NCBI GenBank assembly: GCA_030390025.1
Contig: CM059432.1
Location: forward strand, 84,818,001-84,882,000
Source: Squalus acanthias
Lineage: Eukaryota
Length of the DNA stretch: 64,000 nt
Direction of reading: 5' to 3'
The notes under the pieces are model-generated. The model searched no databases. It was not told where the DNA came from and saw nothing but the letters and a program-made list of their open reading frames with translations. This document shows, one piece after another, positions 47,018 to 59,640 of this stretch (position 1 is the first letter of the stretch; each line of letters starts with the position of its first letter). A program made the position numbers and the translations under genes.

Positions 47018-47108
47018 CTTGAAAGCTTCTGGGAGGTATTCAATCATCTCCATTGCTGGGCATTTCATGGAGGAGCCATGAAGAAAGGCTGTCATAGCCT
47101 CTTCTAAT
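47018..47108 (-). CDS. TRPA1: TRPA1 internal exon (coupling domain, C621 equivalent), 91 bp
   Basis: catttag|A TTA...TTC AAG|gtaagt; LEEAMTAFLHGSSMKCPAMEMIEYLPEAFK vs human WDECLKIFSHNSPGNKCPITEMIEYLPECMK. Confidence 0.95.
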
Positions 47109-49373
47109 CTAAATGCAAAGGGTTAGAAAGTGAATAGCAAGTCCCATGGCAGAATGTTAGGTATGTTACGTGCACCTTTGAGTTGATTATTCTGAGAATG
47201 GTATTGCTTCACTCACCTAAAGGGAGGTAATTCACTGCACTGGAAAGGTGAGACTTCTCTACACATTCTTGCAGCATCTTATTTTAGCCTCAGTACTATC
47301 AATCCTTCTTCTTCTTCCTACTTCCCAGGCCTCTCCTCCAGTCACAATGGAATACTTTACTACACCTCCTTCCATTTGCATTCACACACTCAACACCTTC
47401 TACTTCTCTCACAACTACTTTCCCCTCTTGACCACACTTGCTGCTTCTTCCCTTCTTCGTGCACACTATTCTAAACTGCTTCACACATCTTCAAACCCGT
47501 TCAACAGGGTACACACTAACCCACTCCCACTTTTCTTGCCGAGGATGCTGGCACAGAATCAGAGAGACCTCAAAAACAGGAGGAGGGAGTCCCCCCACAT
47601 TACAAACTCTGATATTAATGGAGGACATGGCCATCAGATCATTGGCAGAGAGAGGACAAGCAGTGCTGGATATGCTGGGGCTGGAGGCCATGCACAACAG
47701 GGTGTTTGGGCATTTTCCCTTCCTTTTCTCTTTCCACTTAACTCTCTTGCTCACACAATCTCTTATTCACACACTCAGCATGACAATCTAATACTGCATT
47801 GCACTGTCACTCATCTGCTACTGCTTACCGTTACCAGTACATTCTAACCCTTGCCTTTTTTCTAGATTCTTCAGATGACAGGGGCCCTGCAGCCACTGCA
47901 ACGAGCTGCCGCTGAAGAATTCAGGCTGCAGGCAGGTGTTAGAGCCATACTGCTCCTTCATCATTTGATCCATCATCTCCCTCATCAGAAGATGCAGAAG
48001 ATCCTCGTCCAATGGTGACTCCATGTGTTGACCTCATTGCAGAGCAAAGTTATGAGACAGAGGGGGAGAACCCTCTCAAAGATGTATCATTTGCTCTCAC
48101 CCTTCCAAACACCAGCATAGAAATGGCAGCGTGTGTGGTATTAATAGCGAGTTAAAGGGGTCAGCACAGAATGATTCACAGAGCACAAGTGAATAAGAAC
48201 AGGTGCAGGTGGAAAAAACAACTCACCAGACGGCAAGCTCACATCCTGGGTTTGCTGAAGAGGGCAGAGATCCAGACTTTAGGGGGCCATTCTTTAAAAG
48301 AAAGATGCTTTCTGGGAATCACCATTTACTCAATGCAATTTACTGTCTTTCAGGGAGCTTCTGCAGCATGTGAGAGAGTGTAGAGGAGTCCACTACCAAC
48401 TTGTGTTCTCACTCCTAGCATTAACACTCTGTCGTCAACCATGGAGTATGTGGTCACCTCAATGGAGGCTGCACCATGACCCTCTTTGTAGGAATCTGTG
48501 GCGCCAGTAGTACCATCTCTCAGGGGTGCTCACACTGGGGCGTTGCAGGCTCTGAGCACCACTGCTCCACCTTGGACAGGCTGGGAGACTGAATGGATGG
48601 GGGTTTCAGTCTCATCATGGATGTCCTGGTCTGCTTTTCTGAAGATCAGGTGTGCTGAGCTAAAGCCTGATAGCAGGGGCAGTCGTGCAATGAAAGGGAA
48701 CATGTTGCCCTTTCTCAGGATGACAAACATCGTTCCTGACCAATGTGCGCCCTGGTGCCAAAAATGGCAGCTCGGCCAAATTGCCCTGTCCGATGGCAAG
48801 TTGCTGCAGTTTGCAGCCGGATCCTTTCAGCACTGAGGTCCTAGACGACCATGAGCATCTCAAGAGCCCTGACAGAGCTACAGCAGCCTTGCACCTTCCA
48901 TGGTGCAGCTACTGGGGAATCACCTCATGGGTGCATCAGAGTAGGTAAAGAGAGCACTTAAGATAGGCACTAGAGACTCACATCAGGGTGATAATCAGTG
49001 TGCAGGCATTGTGTAAGTCATTAAAATTATACTGTTTTTTGAAATCTGTGTATGCAGAGAGTATTCCAGAAGTAGCAGGTGACATTGCAATATCAGATGA
49101 CATGAATATAATATTGATCTTTGGACTGATGTAGTTTAATGGAGGGTGGAAGGACTGGGACAGATGCTGGGCATGACTGTTAATGTGGAGGACCGGGAAT
49201 TGTTCAGCTGTCGAAGAGCTCTGGCTGCAGGCAACCATTGGAGCCCTCCTGCTTCCTTGCTACCGTCTATGTCATTAGTCTCATCATCCTCATTAAGCTG
49301 AAGCTCCTTCATGGTGGTTCCATGTTATGACCCTGCAGCAGAGCAAAGTTATGCAGCACACCACAGTCATATA

Positions 49374-52300
49374 GAGCTCAATTTTACCAGGCCCGAAAAG
49401 GCGGGATTGGAGGCGTGTGAGTTGTAAAAATTGCAAAAAATGGCGGGCTCCGATCCCGCCTCCATCCCGCCTCCAAGCAATTTTCCCACATTCGTGGTTT
49501 CAGACCCCGTTTCCATCCCGCCTCCAAGAAGTGGGATAGGCCCTTAAGTGCCAGTTAAGTGCCTCTATAATCCCATTTTGAGAGGACTTTCTGATTTTAG
49601 CACATTTCCCCCGTCCTGCACGTCTCCTCTGGAACACGCCAGTTAATCCTGGCAGCCTCACAAGTGGATTGCTTACTAACAGCTGCAGCTCCACCATTAA
49701 AAAGGAGTTTTCACCAATGATCATTTGCAGGTGGCAGAACTTTGTTGTCTCAGGTCTGAGGGAACTTTTAGCAGGCCTACTCATTGTTGTGGAAGTTTGG
49801 AGCCTGACACCCATCTCCAGTGTGACCTCCTGGGAAACCCCTCTCCCCACCTTGACTGAGGTATATACCAGAAGCATGGGAACCATTTATTTCCTTTCCT
49901 CCTGGACATCAGAATTGGACGAAGATCAGCCGCGGCAGCAGCAGAACCCTGAACAACAGCACCACCAACAGCAGGAGCAACAACAGGAGCGCCAAGCTGC
50001 TGCTCACCCACCTGAAGCTGCACAGGCCAGAAGGCGCCAGCACGCAACCACATTGCTGCCCGAGATGCAAGGGGCGCACTCATGTTGGCCAAATTTGCTT
50101 AGCCTGCACAATCAAACACTTTTGCCTCGCACCTTCTTACCAGAGCATCGACAATGGACAAGAACCTACGGATTCCTATCACTCTGACCACCATACTGAC
50201 AATTGCAAGTCGTCCTAAGCTCTCAGTGTGGAAGTCCCATTTGCAAAATGACATAGGCCACAACTTCAACAGTTTGCCATCAAATCTGTTTATCATCACA
50301 ATTCAAGGATGGCTTGTCAAAAATCAATACAGCAGAACACCCAAGTGACTACCCTTGTGACTACTTGTGCTTTATCTTCCTCTTACGCATGCTCCTACGT
50401 GGTGCTTCCCCTGTGGCTTCAGCAGATGTGGAGGCCCCTTGCTCACTTTTTTGCTGCTCCTGTCTCGACACCTTTGGTGGCCGTCCTCTGGGGTTGCGAA
50501 CCTGTGAGGGCTCGGCAACAGTCTGCTGTTCCTGCGGCTGTGCAGGGGATGAGACACCCATCTCTGGTGGGGCTCTGTCCAAGGACTTTGCAGTGGCATG
50601 GTCGTGTGAGCGCTTGGAGAGGAGCCCCCACTTCCTTGTTGTCTGACACCAACATCCCTCTCATGGGTCAGCCCCACTTCAGAGCTAGCAAGTGGCTTGA
50701 CAGCACCTTGCTGCCCTTCAGGGGTGCCATGAGGACCCGTTTCTGCACTGGAAGTCCTACTCCAGAGGACTTCCATGAAGGTCTGGTCTCTATGCTCAAT
50801 AGCTGATCATCGCTCCTCAAGAGATGTCTGTCTATTCTGAACAATGACCATGTTTCCAATACCCTGGCGACTAAGCTCCTCCTTGGCCGTAGCCATCCTC
50901 TCCTCTACCGTAGCTATCCTCTCCTCTACGGTAGACAGCCTTACCACGGAGGTAGCCATCCTTTCCATGGAGGTTGCCATCCTTTCCATGGTGATGCGTT
51001 CATGCCTCCACAAAGGCACTGCTCATGTTCGCGATGGACTCCTCCATTCGCTCCACACTCGCAGCGACCCTGGAGACAAAACCTGCCAGAGACTCCTGCA
51101 CCTGTTCCTGGAGTTCCAGCACCGCTCTCGTTCTGGATGGACCCGGAGGCACAGGGTCGACATGCAGCTGACCGAGCTGGCAGAGTCCTGCGCCCTCCGA
51201 TGAGGACTCTCCACTGCTGTCCCTGTCTCCACCATCTGCTGATGCTCACTTGTGATCTGTGATACACCAGGTGACAACACTACTCCATCTCGCGAAGGCC
51301 CCACCGAGGTGTGATTGTCTGCGCTTGTGCTGGGTGCGCTGAATTCTGTTGACGCTGCGCCCTCAGAGGTTGCAGCTTCCTCTGAGGCTGTTCCTCCTGG
51401 ACAGTGGGGACGGGGGCTCTCGATGGTCCTGTGGGGGAGTAAAGGAAAGAGTTAGAGATGTGAGGTAAAGGTTGCATGCACATTGAATTGTGCAGATGAT
51501 CATAAGTCAATCTGTTAGAGCATCAGAATCATTATCAGTCACTCATGCAATGTCAATGAGAGAGATGCTAAACTATTCTGCCACCAGCTTGCTGTGATGC
51601 ACCCGTCTGTCTGTCCCCCACTTGCAAATCGTCCTCCACTCCGGCGATCTCCAGGGCCGCCTCCTCCGAAGTGGTGAGCTGGGCTACTGAGGGTGACCCT
51701 CCTCCTGTCCTCGCCCTTTCCCTCTTATTGTGGGCTCTCTTTTCCTGCAATGAGGGACACAAGTGGAGTTTGAGTGAGAATGAAGGAGAGTGGAGAGAAT
51801 CCATAGCATAGATGCTTAGAAGGAGACAAAGGGCCCTCCCTGTGTGTTGTAAGTTATTGTCATTGCATCACAGTGATAGGGAGTGTGAGGGCTGCATGGT
51901 CGAATAGTTAAGTGAATGTGACCATAGAGAGAGAGGGAATGGGTAAGGATGCAGGGATGTAAGGGTCAAGTGGGATGTGGAGGAAGAGGTTGGCAAAGCA
52001 GAGTGCTGGTGAGGAGAGGCGATGGGGATCAGATTGAGGCTGATGGGAACGGAATACTCACTTTTCCTGTGCGGAGAAGGTCATGAAACCTCTTCCTGCA
52101 CTGCAGCCAGGTTCTGCTGCACATAGAAATTGCGTTTGCCTCTTGGGCCACTTGCAGCCACACAGCTTTAGTCTGCTGGGGAGGCTTTTTCCTCTCTGAG
52201 GAAGGGAACAGCACCTCCTTATTTGATCTTGCTCCCTCCACCAGAGCTTGGAGGGAGGCCTCATCGAATCTTTGAGCACACTTTGGTCTACTGGTGGACA

Positions 52301-52582
52301 TAATTGGTGAAGGAAGCGCTCAGAACAATGGGCATAAAGTTTAAAGGCTGAAAAAGAAGCAAGCCTGCTTGCAGGCCTTAAATCCAGCAGCATTGATGAC
52401 GTCATTAGAGGCGACTTTCTGTATGAAAAGGCTCATTGGGCCAGGGGTTCCCACACGCTGGAAATCAAGTGCCCAATTAGGGCAAAATCGCACTTCTGTC
52501 CCACTTTACATCGGAGTCGGGATCCTGACATGATGACCACCTGACATGCCCCCAGCCCGCCCCCAATGACAAAATCCAGGCC
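49374..52582. mobile_element. Internally deleted Harbinger (Myb gene on minus 52301-50361; transposase 5' remnant on plus ~49876-50150)
   Basis: Ends GAGCTCAATTTT / AAAATCCAGGCC with ATA TSD; Myb exon 1 AQRFDEASLQALV...QCRKRFHDLLRTGK|gtgagt; exon 2 EKRAHNKRERARTGGG. Confidence 0.78.
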
Positions 52583-52785
52583 ATAGTCTCTATGGGCTCT
52601 ATTGTAGGAAGCCACCAGACCTGTCCAGGGAGTGGCATAGTTGCTTGAGGGCTCCACTAATCTGCTGAAAGAGGACTCTAGTTGGCCCATGCATCTGATT
52701 GTAGCGCTGTTCAGCTACTGAATGTGGGTTCCTATGAGGAGTCATGAGCCAATTGTGCAGGGGATAGCCCTTGACCCCAAGCAGC

Positions 52786-52915
52786 CCGACGAAAGGTCAT
52801 CAACCTGAAACGTTAACTCTGTTTCTCTCTCCACAGATGCTGCCTGACCTGCTGAGTATTTCCAGCATTTTCTGTTTTTATTTCAGATTTCCAACAACCG
52901 CAGTATTTTATTTTT
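52786..52915 (+). mobile_element. Second Penelope-type terminal fragment with a hammerhead remnant
   Basis: CCGACGA-AAGGT catca ACCT-GAAA-CGTT followed by ccacagatgctgcctgacctgctgagtatttccagcattttc; same family reversed at 63246-63312. Confidence 0.6.
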
Positions 52916-55224
52916 GTAATATTGCAACGCTCTCATTTTGCTGCTGTTGGCTGGAATGGCCCATGAGGAACAGCAAAAGGCGGTCTGTGAAGTGAGGTGG
53001 CACAGAAGGTGCACAGTCAGGTCCTGCCAGCACCCACAACAGCCAGAGCTACTTGATAATGATGAAGCTTAGGCTAAGTTAGGAGGCTGTCACCGACCTG
53101 TATCATTTGCTGAACAAACACCTGCAGGCAAATCAAATATCAATGCAGCACCTCCACTACAAGGATTATCAATGAACATGCAACTGGGGTCCTGAAGCAG
53201 TGCTTCAGTTGTTTGGACTGATTAAAGGGTCCTTACTTCACAACCCCTACTGGGAATGATTGTCATCTGGTGCATGTTACATAAATTTTCTCTTTAAAGA
53301 GGCCGCACAACAGACAGAAGAAGAGCAGAATCCAGAATCTATGGCAGAGGACAAGGTCAAAAGTGAGGAAGCTAAACCATGTGGGTATCAGTATTCTTCA
53401 GATCAACCCCATGATCTTCATGAAGAGAAAACATTTGCATTCAATTAATGTTCAGGTGCTCTCTGACCATGGCAACAGCCTCATGCACGCTGTTGCTCAG
53501 GAAGTAATATGATTGGGACATTCCACAGTGCCCGCATTATATAAAGAAGAAATATTGGGTGGATGGTTCTTAGGCAAATTGAGCTAAACTGTGCTTCTAT
53601 GGCTATTGATCCCACTGAAAGACCCCCTAACATCAGAAAGCATCTGGGCGTGGATGCCAGAATCTGTTTGTTGTTCCTTGGCTGCCACTGCCACCTTCAA
53701 GATTATGCATAATAAAAGACTATGTGGAAAAGATTGTGCACAATGTTTGAAGTAGCACCTTGCAGAGGGGACTAAGTTCTCAACTTAAGTTTGTGCCATG
53801 GTTGATGAACCCCACAAGAAAAGTGAGCAAAGTTAAAGAGTGCCATTACATTTGACATCCTCCTGGTGCCAACAAGCTTGTTCCTCATTTGCAACCAGGT
53901 AAGAAGGAGAAAGGTGACTGCATTGACTCAGTGGGTGAACTCCTTCCATGCAGCTGGCACCTGTGCTTTCACAGGATGGTGGCCTTCCCACCCAAATAGA
54001 ATGATCCTTATTGGTAGCACTCAAAAGGAGCAGTGTTATCTACAAGTCTGTCTTGTGCTATGGTGAACGATCAAGCAACTTGTCAGCCACCACCACAACT
54101 TTCCGTTATATGGCAAGCTGCATCCTTTAAGAGCTGCTCTTGTGCTGGATTTTGTGAGCTCCAGCTGGGGTGCTACAGCTAAGCTCATTGTAGGCTCATT
54201 CATAATAGACAGCAGAGCTTATATTGGAAAGATTAGCGCATCTGGCTCCCTGCTCTATAGATGCAGATATGCCTGAAAATCTGACCGGCTCAAATACATT
54301 TTTGCCAGGATTGCTTATGTTTTCATTTTGGTCATCGGCGTCTGACATGTGTGGAAAAATGCTTATCCAAAAAAAACTACAAGTAGAGTTCCCGGGCCTG
54401 AAGATGTCAACACCGACTCCACCTGCCCAATGTTGTACCACAAATTGCGGCCTGTTTGGCAGGTGGGCAGGCACCTACTGGTGGTTCTGCCTGACAATGA
54501 TAGTCCAATTAAGGGATCTCCCTTTGAATCAGCTAACTTTGACAGGGTGTGTGGCTGATATCCTGGTCGTGCTCATCCTGGTACTTTCGCTGGGATGTGC
54601 CACTCCCCACAGATTCCACCCGCTCCAACCCATTTCAATTACATGAACTGTGCACTATATTTCCGTGAGGACATATCCCAGTTATCTAAGTCCACAGTGC
54701 TTAGGGACAGGTTGGCAATAGCCAAGGCTTAGGGATCAGGTGTGTACAGGGGTATTGCTGGTGTTTAACCTACTAAAACTAGGCAACTTACCAGTACAGA
54801 GCACTGCTAAACTTCCCACTAGCCAGGACCAAACAAGCCTGAAAACTCTGTTTGGGCCACTGTGCCATCAAAAGTGTGGCAGGGTGAGACTTCCGCTTGC
54901 CAGTGTGCTTAGCACCAATCCCATTCAAAATCCCAGGGACAGGGCCATTAACATAAAGGGAGTGGCATCTGTACCATTTACGGTACTCCTGGAACATCTG
55001 CCGTGTGGCAGTAAGGAATTTCAGGCAGGTACTTTGCTGTTCGGTAGGATATAGGCTGTTCCCACCAAAAATGCCGTTTAAAAAAAAAGGCTCCTGGACA
55101 TTATATTTGGAAACCAGAAATGGGGGCCCCACTTCTGCTATGATGCAGTCCTGGCAAGAAATGTACGTTTGCTTCATGCAGGCATACATTATGCTGGGGC
55201 TCAACATGGCAGAAAAATTTTAAA

Positions 55225-55465
55225 ATTAATTCTCAGGATGTTGGTGTTGCATGCAAGGCCAACATTTATTGCCCATCCCTAGTTGCCTTTGAGAAGGTCT
55301 GTGTTGGGCCTTCTTCTTGAACCGCAGCAGTCCGTGTGGTGAAGGTACTCCCACAGTACTGTTAGGGAGGGAGTTTCAGGATATGTCCAAGTCAGGATGG
55401 TAGGTCACTTGGAGGGAAACCTGGAGGTGATGGTGTTCCCATGCACCTGCTGACCTTGTCCTTCT
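55225..55465 (-). mobile_element. LINE family B 3'-end fragment
   Basis: catttattgcccatccctagttgcc is the reverse complement of the family B terminus. Confidence 0.8.
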
Positions 55466-55824
55466 GTTAGTTGAGGCTTTATCTTAAATATGTAAATAAC
55501 TAGACAGTTTTTATGTGGGCAACTATAAACATTCCCTATAACTATAGCAAATAACAATCTGTAACACAATGGAGTCTCCTATATTTTCACTTCAACTATC
55601 CAATGGAAATTTCACGTGACAAATCTGTGTGAGATATCACCTCTATCGTTACTTTTACAATGCACAGTAGGCCTCACCCCAGATTTTCCATCATTCCCTG
55701 TTGCTATGCAGCCCAAAGTTTAGCTGGATTGTGGAAGACAATCTGGGCTCATATCTTATATTTTAACATTTAAGACATTTTCACATAATTAATTTATTGA
55801 TGATTTTTGTAGAGTCGATAAATT

Positions 55825-56575
55825 GGCCCAAAAATTCAGCCGAATACGGGAGAGTACGCACTGTGTACTCACCCGTATTCGATCCCGGAGTGCTGGTTTC
55901 CTGCATGCACTGCGCATGCGCGGGAAACCGGCACTTCCGGTATGGCGAAGGGGGCGGCTCCTAGGTGAACCGCGTGCGCACTACAGGCTGTGCGCACGCA
56001 GCACACTTAGGTTTTTTTTCAGGTTTCAACGCGAGGGTAAGTATGGAAGATTATACACATGTAAAAAGGAGGCGTAAGACCCCTTTTGAACAAGGTAAGT
56101 AGTTAGTTAAGTATAATTTTTAATTTTTTTCAACAGGTTTATCTTTTTTAGAGACTTTAAAGAAAGGTAAGTTTATTTTTAGAACTTTTTAAAAAAAATT
56201 AAATTTTTTCAAAAATTTAAATTTTTGTTTAAAGTGGTTAATTTATTTAACTATAGTTATTTTATTAATGAAATTTTTTTTTAAATTTATTTGAGGTTTA
56301 GCTGTTCTTTTGGGGTCTCTTTCAATTCACAGATTTGACAGGTCTCTATGAATGAAAGATAGTCTGCTGCCATTGGCTCTCCATGGCCCACGTGATCCCA
56401 GAGGTCGCATCGCACTAACTGCGCCCCTGGGACACGCAAGCACTGCGTGCCGGCACTAGGGAGAGGCCCAGGACCCGAAGTTCCTGTGGGCCCAAAACAC
56501 AACGGCTGGCGCGGTGGGTGATATCACGCGCGATCCTTACCCCCGCGGCAAGCCTCCGAGTCAAATTTCTGGGCC
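55825..56575 (+). mobile_element. Harbinger-type MITE, copy a
   Basis: GGCCCAAAAATT / AATTTCTGGGCC with ATT TSD; strand assigned only relative to copy b. Confidence 0.85.
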
Positions 56576-56679
56576 ATTGTGATTTTAAACCTACAATTGT
56601 TTTAAGTAGTAAAATGTCTTCCAGAAAAAATATCAGAACCCACATAAGTACAGTAATAGCTGCAATATCACATTCATAC

Positions 56680-56846
56680 CTTTCACTTTGAATAATAGCT
56701 AAACTGGTATCCATTCTTTTATTGCGAATTGCTTTATGGAAAAATGAAGCTTCATTGTTATTCAGTGTTATAGCAGCTCCCTGGGTTAGTAGCAGACGTA
56801 CAGCACTGCTGTGTCCTTCTCTTGCAGCCAGATGGAGGGCAGTGTT
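56680..56846 (-). CDS. TRPA1: TRPA1 internal exon (last ankyrin repeats), 167 bp
   Basis: ccaaag|AAC...GAA AG|gtatga; NTALHLAAREGHSSAVRLLLTQGAAITLNNNEASFFHKAIRNKRMDTSLAIIQSER vs human NTALHFAAREGHAKAVALLL...IIRSKR; phase fits neighbouring exons. Confidence 0.95.
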
Positions 56847-57919
56847 CTTTGGAACAAATTACAAAAGACATTTTGAGAACCAGTTTGATAAATATGAGAA
56901 AAACACAAATCTACATTGTATAACCTGAATGAATAATTGCTTTGTGTTTATAAAATTCTTAAGACTTTTACTTGATGAAGCATAATTTAAAAGTCTTGTG
57001 TTGCTTTCTTCCCTGAGTCTCAATAATAGCTATTGATGGTCAACCAGAGATAATTGGAAGCTGCAGATTTATTGCTAATAAAATCAAGTTAACTCCATTT
57101 GTGAAAGCACTGGCAAAAAAATATGTACAATGTTGTATTGTTTACGCCACAACATTACACACTTATTTCTTGTAGTTTGATTCAGCAGTATAGACAATAC
57201 TTGTATATTTTTTAGCACCCAGGCACTATTACTGGTGCTGAAACTGGCAGAGCTGTGCATCAGTAACCACTCTGGCAGAGCCACTTCAGGAATAAACTGC
57301 ATGGTTAAAATGACGGTTGGCAGGATGCAGTGGGAACGGAGCGGTAAGTACTTTACAGAGATTTTAACTACCCTCCCGCAGGAAGGGTGGGTTAAAATTG
57401 CCCCTTGTATTTCAACATGTGGTGCATTTGAATATAATTTATAACTTTTATTTAAATTAAAGCAACAAATTTGTTAACTACCCCATGGTTGTGCCTAAAC
57501 ACAAAAACTACAAATCAATTAATCTTTTTTACACTGGATGTAAGTGTAACTGGATGAGTGAAGAACCCAGAAATAGAGCTGGAGTTGGAGTTCTGTCAGA
57601 AGCGCTTTATTATTTGTGCCCACAGTGACTCAAGTGCCATTCTTCCAATTAAAAATCTGGAAGCTGTTTACTTCGACCACTTGCTGATTTTATTTTACAC
57701 CTACTTAATCAATTATTGGCTGAACATACTGTTTACAATATTAATGGCTGGATGTTTAGTGCATTTAGATGACATTCCTTTGTTTGCTAAACAAAATGTT
57801 TATTTATTTTAAATGGGTTGGTGCCGCCATTTAAATAGCAGACAGAGTAATGTCAGATAAAGCCATTAAGTCTTTGTCAATATCTCCAACACTAACACTA
57901 GCCTCTGTGTAAAGATATT

Positions 57920-58660
57920 GGCCCAGAAATTAAAGACGGAGCCTTCCTGCGGGGGTAAGGCTTCCCCGCGATATCTCACTGCGCGCCTGCCTTTTCCTTC
58001 CGAGCTCACACGAACTTTAGTTTCAAGGCTGCAGCTGTGCAGTGTGTGCGTATCCCACAGACGCAGTTAATTCGTACGAGCTGTGGGATCACGTGATTCA
58101 GTTAGAGCCAATGGCAGCACACCATCTTTCATTCATAGTTTTGACAGCAAGGGCTGTCAAAGCTATGAATCTATACCCCCCCAAAAGAACAGCTAAACCT
58201 CAATTAAATTTTTTTTAAAAACCATCACATTAATAAAATAAGTATAGTTAAATAAATTAACCACTTTAAACAAAAAATTAAATTTTTGAAAAAATTTAAA
58301 ATCTTTTTAAAAGTTATAAAAATAAACTTATCTTTCTTTAAAGTCTCTAAAAAAGATAAACCTGTTGAAAAAAATTTAAAATACTTAATTAACTACTTAC
58401 CTTGTTAAAAGAGGGTCTTACGCCTCCTTTCTTTATGTGCAAAATCTTCCATGCTTACCTGCGCGTTCAAAGCACTAAGTGCACTGCGTGCGCGCAACCT
58501 GTAGCGCGCACGCGGTTCACTAAGGAACCGCCCCCTTTTGAGTTCACCAAGTGCCGGTTTTCAGCGCATGCGCAGTGCATGCAGAAAACCGGCAATTGGA
58601 GACAGAATACGCAAGAGTACACAGTGCATACTCTCGCGTACTAAGACTAATTTTTGGGCC
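57920..58660 (-). mobile_element. Harbinger-type MITE, copy b (inverted relative to copy a)
   Basis: GGCCCAGAAATT / AATTTTTGGGCC; 58230-58640 is close to the reverse complement of 55845-56270. Confidence 0.85.
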
Positions 58661-58663
58661 AAT

Positions 58664-59156
58664 GGCCTGGAATTTGCAGTCAGCGGCAAAGCAAAGGCGT
58701 TCGCCGCTGGCCCTGAAGTAAGCTTTACACAAAGATCCAGCGATCTCTGTGTCGAGAAGTTTGGGTTTTCTGACGTGTAATTCAAATCAGCGCAGTATAG
58801 TGGGAATCCCATAGTGCGAGCTGCTGTGACATCAACAAGCTGTCTAAGCAGCCAATCACAATGCAGAATTCTCACAGACAGGAAACCAGGAAGTGGGTAA
58901 GCTGCTAAAATTCTAACTTTTTAAAACTGTTAGAGAGAGCAAAACAAAGATTGGGGCTCTCACATGGGGAAAAGGCAAACTTAAATAAAGATGAACAAAC
59001 GCAGCCGGTGGAGGAGCAGTGAATGACAGACCATAGATTCCGGATTTCCGTATTAGGCTGTGCATGTGCTAAAACCTGAAGTTGCGGTCAGTTTCAAAGG
59101 CGAAATGACAGTGAATGATGCCAGTTCACAGTCATCAGGACTGCAAATTCTGGGCC
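58664..59156. mobile_element. Harbinger-type MITE abutting copy b
   Basis: GGCCTGGAATTTGCAGTC / GACTGCAAATTCTGGGCC (16/18), AAT TSD. Confidence 0.85.
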
Positions 59157-59448
59157 AATACTATTATTTGTTTTATCTCCTCAGAGGGTATCTGCAGCAA
59201 CATGAAAGGAAGTGAAGACTATGATGCCAGATGCAGCACAAGAGGTGGGATGGGAGCAGGAATGGCATCTTGTGTGCCAAAGGAAAAATCAGAACCTAAC
59301 TTGTTGAACAGAAGATTCAGGTCAATAGGAACTTGGATATGTAAACAATGAATTCAATAAGGGAAGAACTATTAGGTTTACAGAGTACAAGCACTGTTCA
59401 AGTACCATATCATGGTCCTACCTGTTGAAATGAAATGCATTCACTTAC

Positions 59449-59563
59449 CCCATTTTCATCCACCTGGTCGAGCAATGTCATATTAGTTTGTAATAATACT
59501 TCCATTGTCGTAGTATATCCTCCGAAAGCAGCATAATGTAAACTTGTCCAACTCTTGTAATCC
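59449..59563 (-). CDS. TRPA1: TRPA1 internal exon (ankyrin repeat), 115 bp
   Basis: Minus strand ttgaag|G GAT TAC...AAT GGG|gtaagt; translates DYKSWTSLHYAAFGGYTTTMEVLLQTNMTLLDQVDENG, matching human DHNGWTALHHASMGGYTQTMKVILDTNLKCTDRLDEDG. Confidence 0.95.
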
Positions 59564-59640
59564 CTTCAAAGATTAAAATGAAAAGTGAAAAACTAGTTTC
59601 AGAAAATTCATGGATTAAATTTATACCCAACTAACATATT

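Larger units (their letters stand above)
47500..53200. mobile_element. Older, heavily decayed Harbinger hosting the 49374-52582 element
   Basis: Minus-strand transposase reads across the insertion (LLGVKGYPLHNWLMT, LDRSGG, VVCC); Myb-like remnants on plus ~47550-49000; boundaries approximate. Confidence 0.55.

Noticed and set aside
54600..55220. 139 aa minus-strand ORF (54788-55207)
   Set aside because: No recognisable domain or splice context; probably a decayed repeat, and a translated search would be needed
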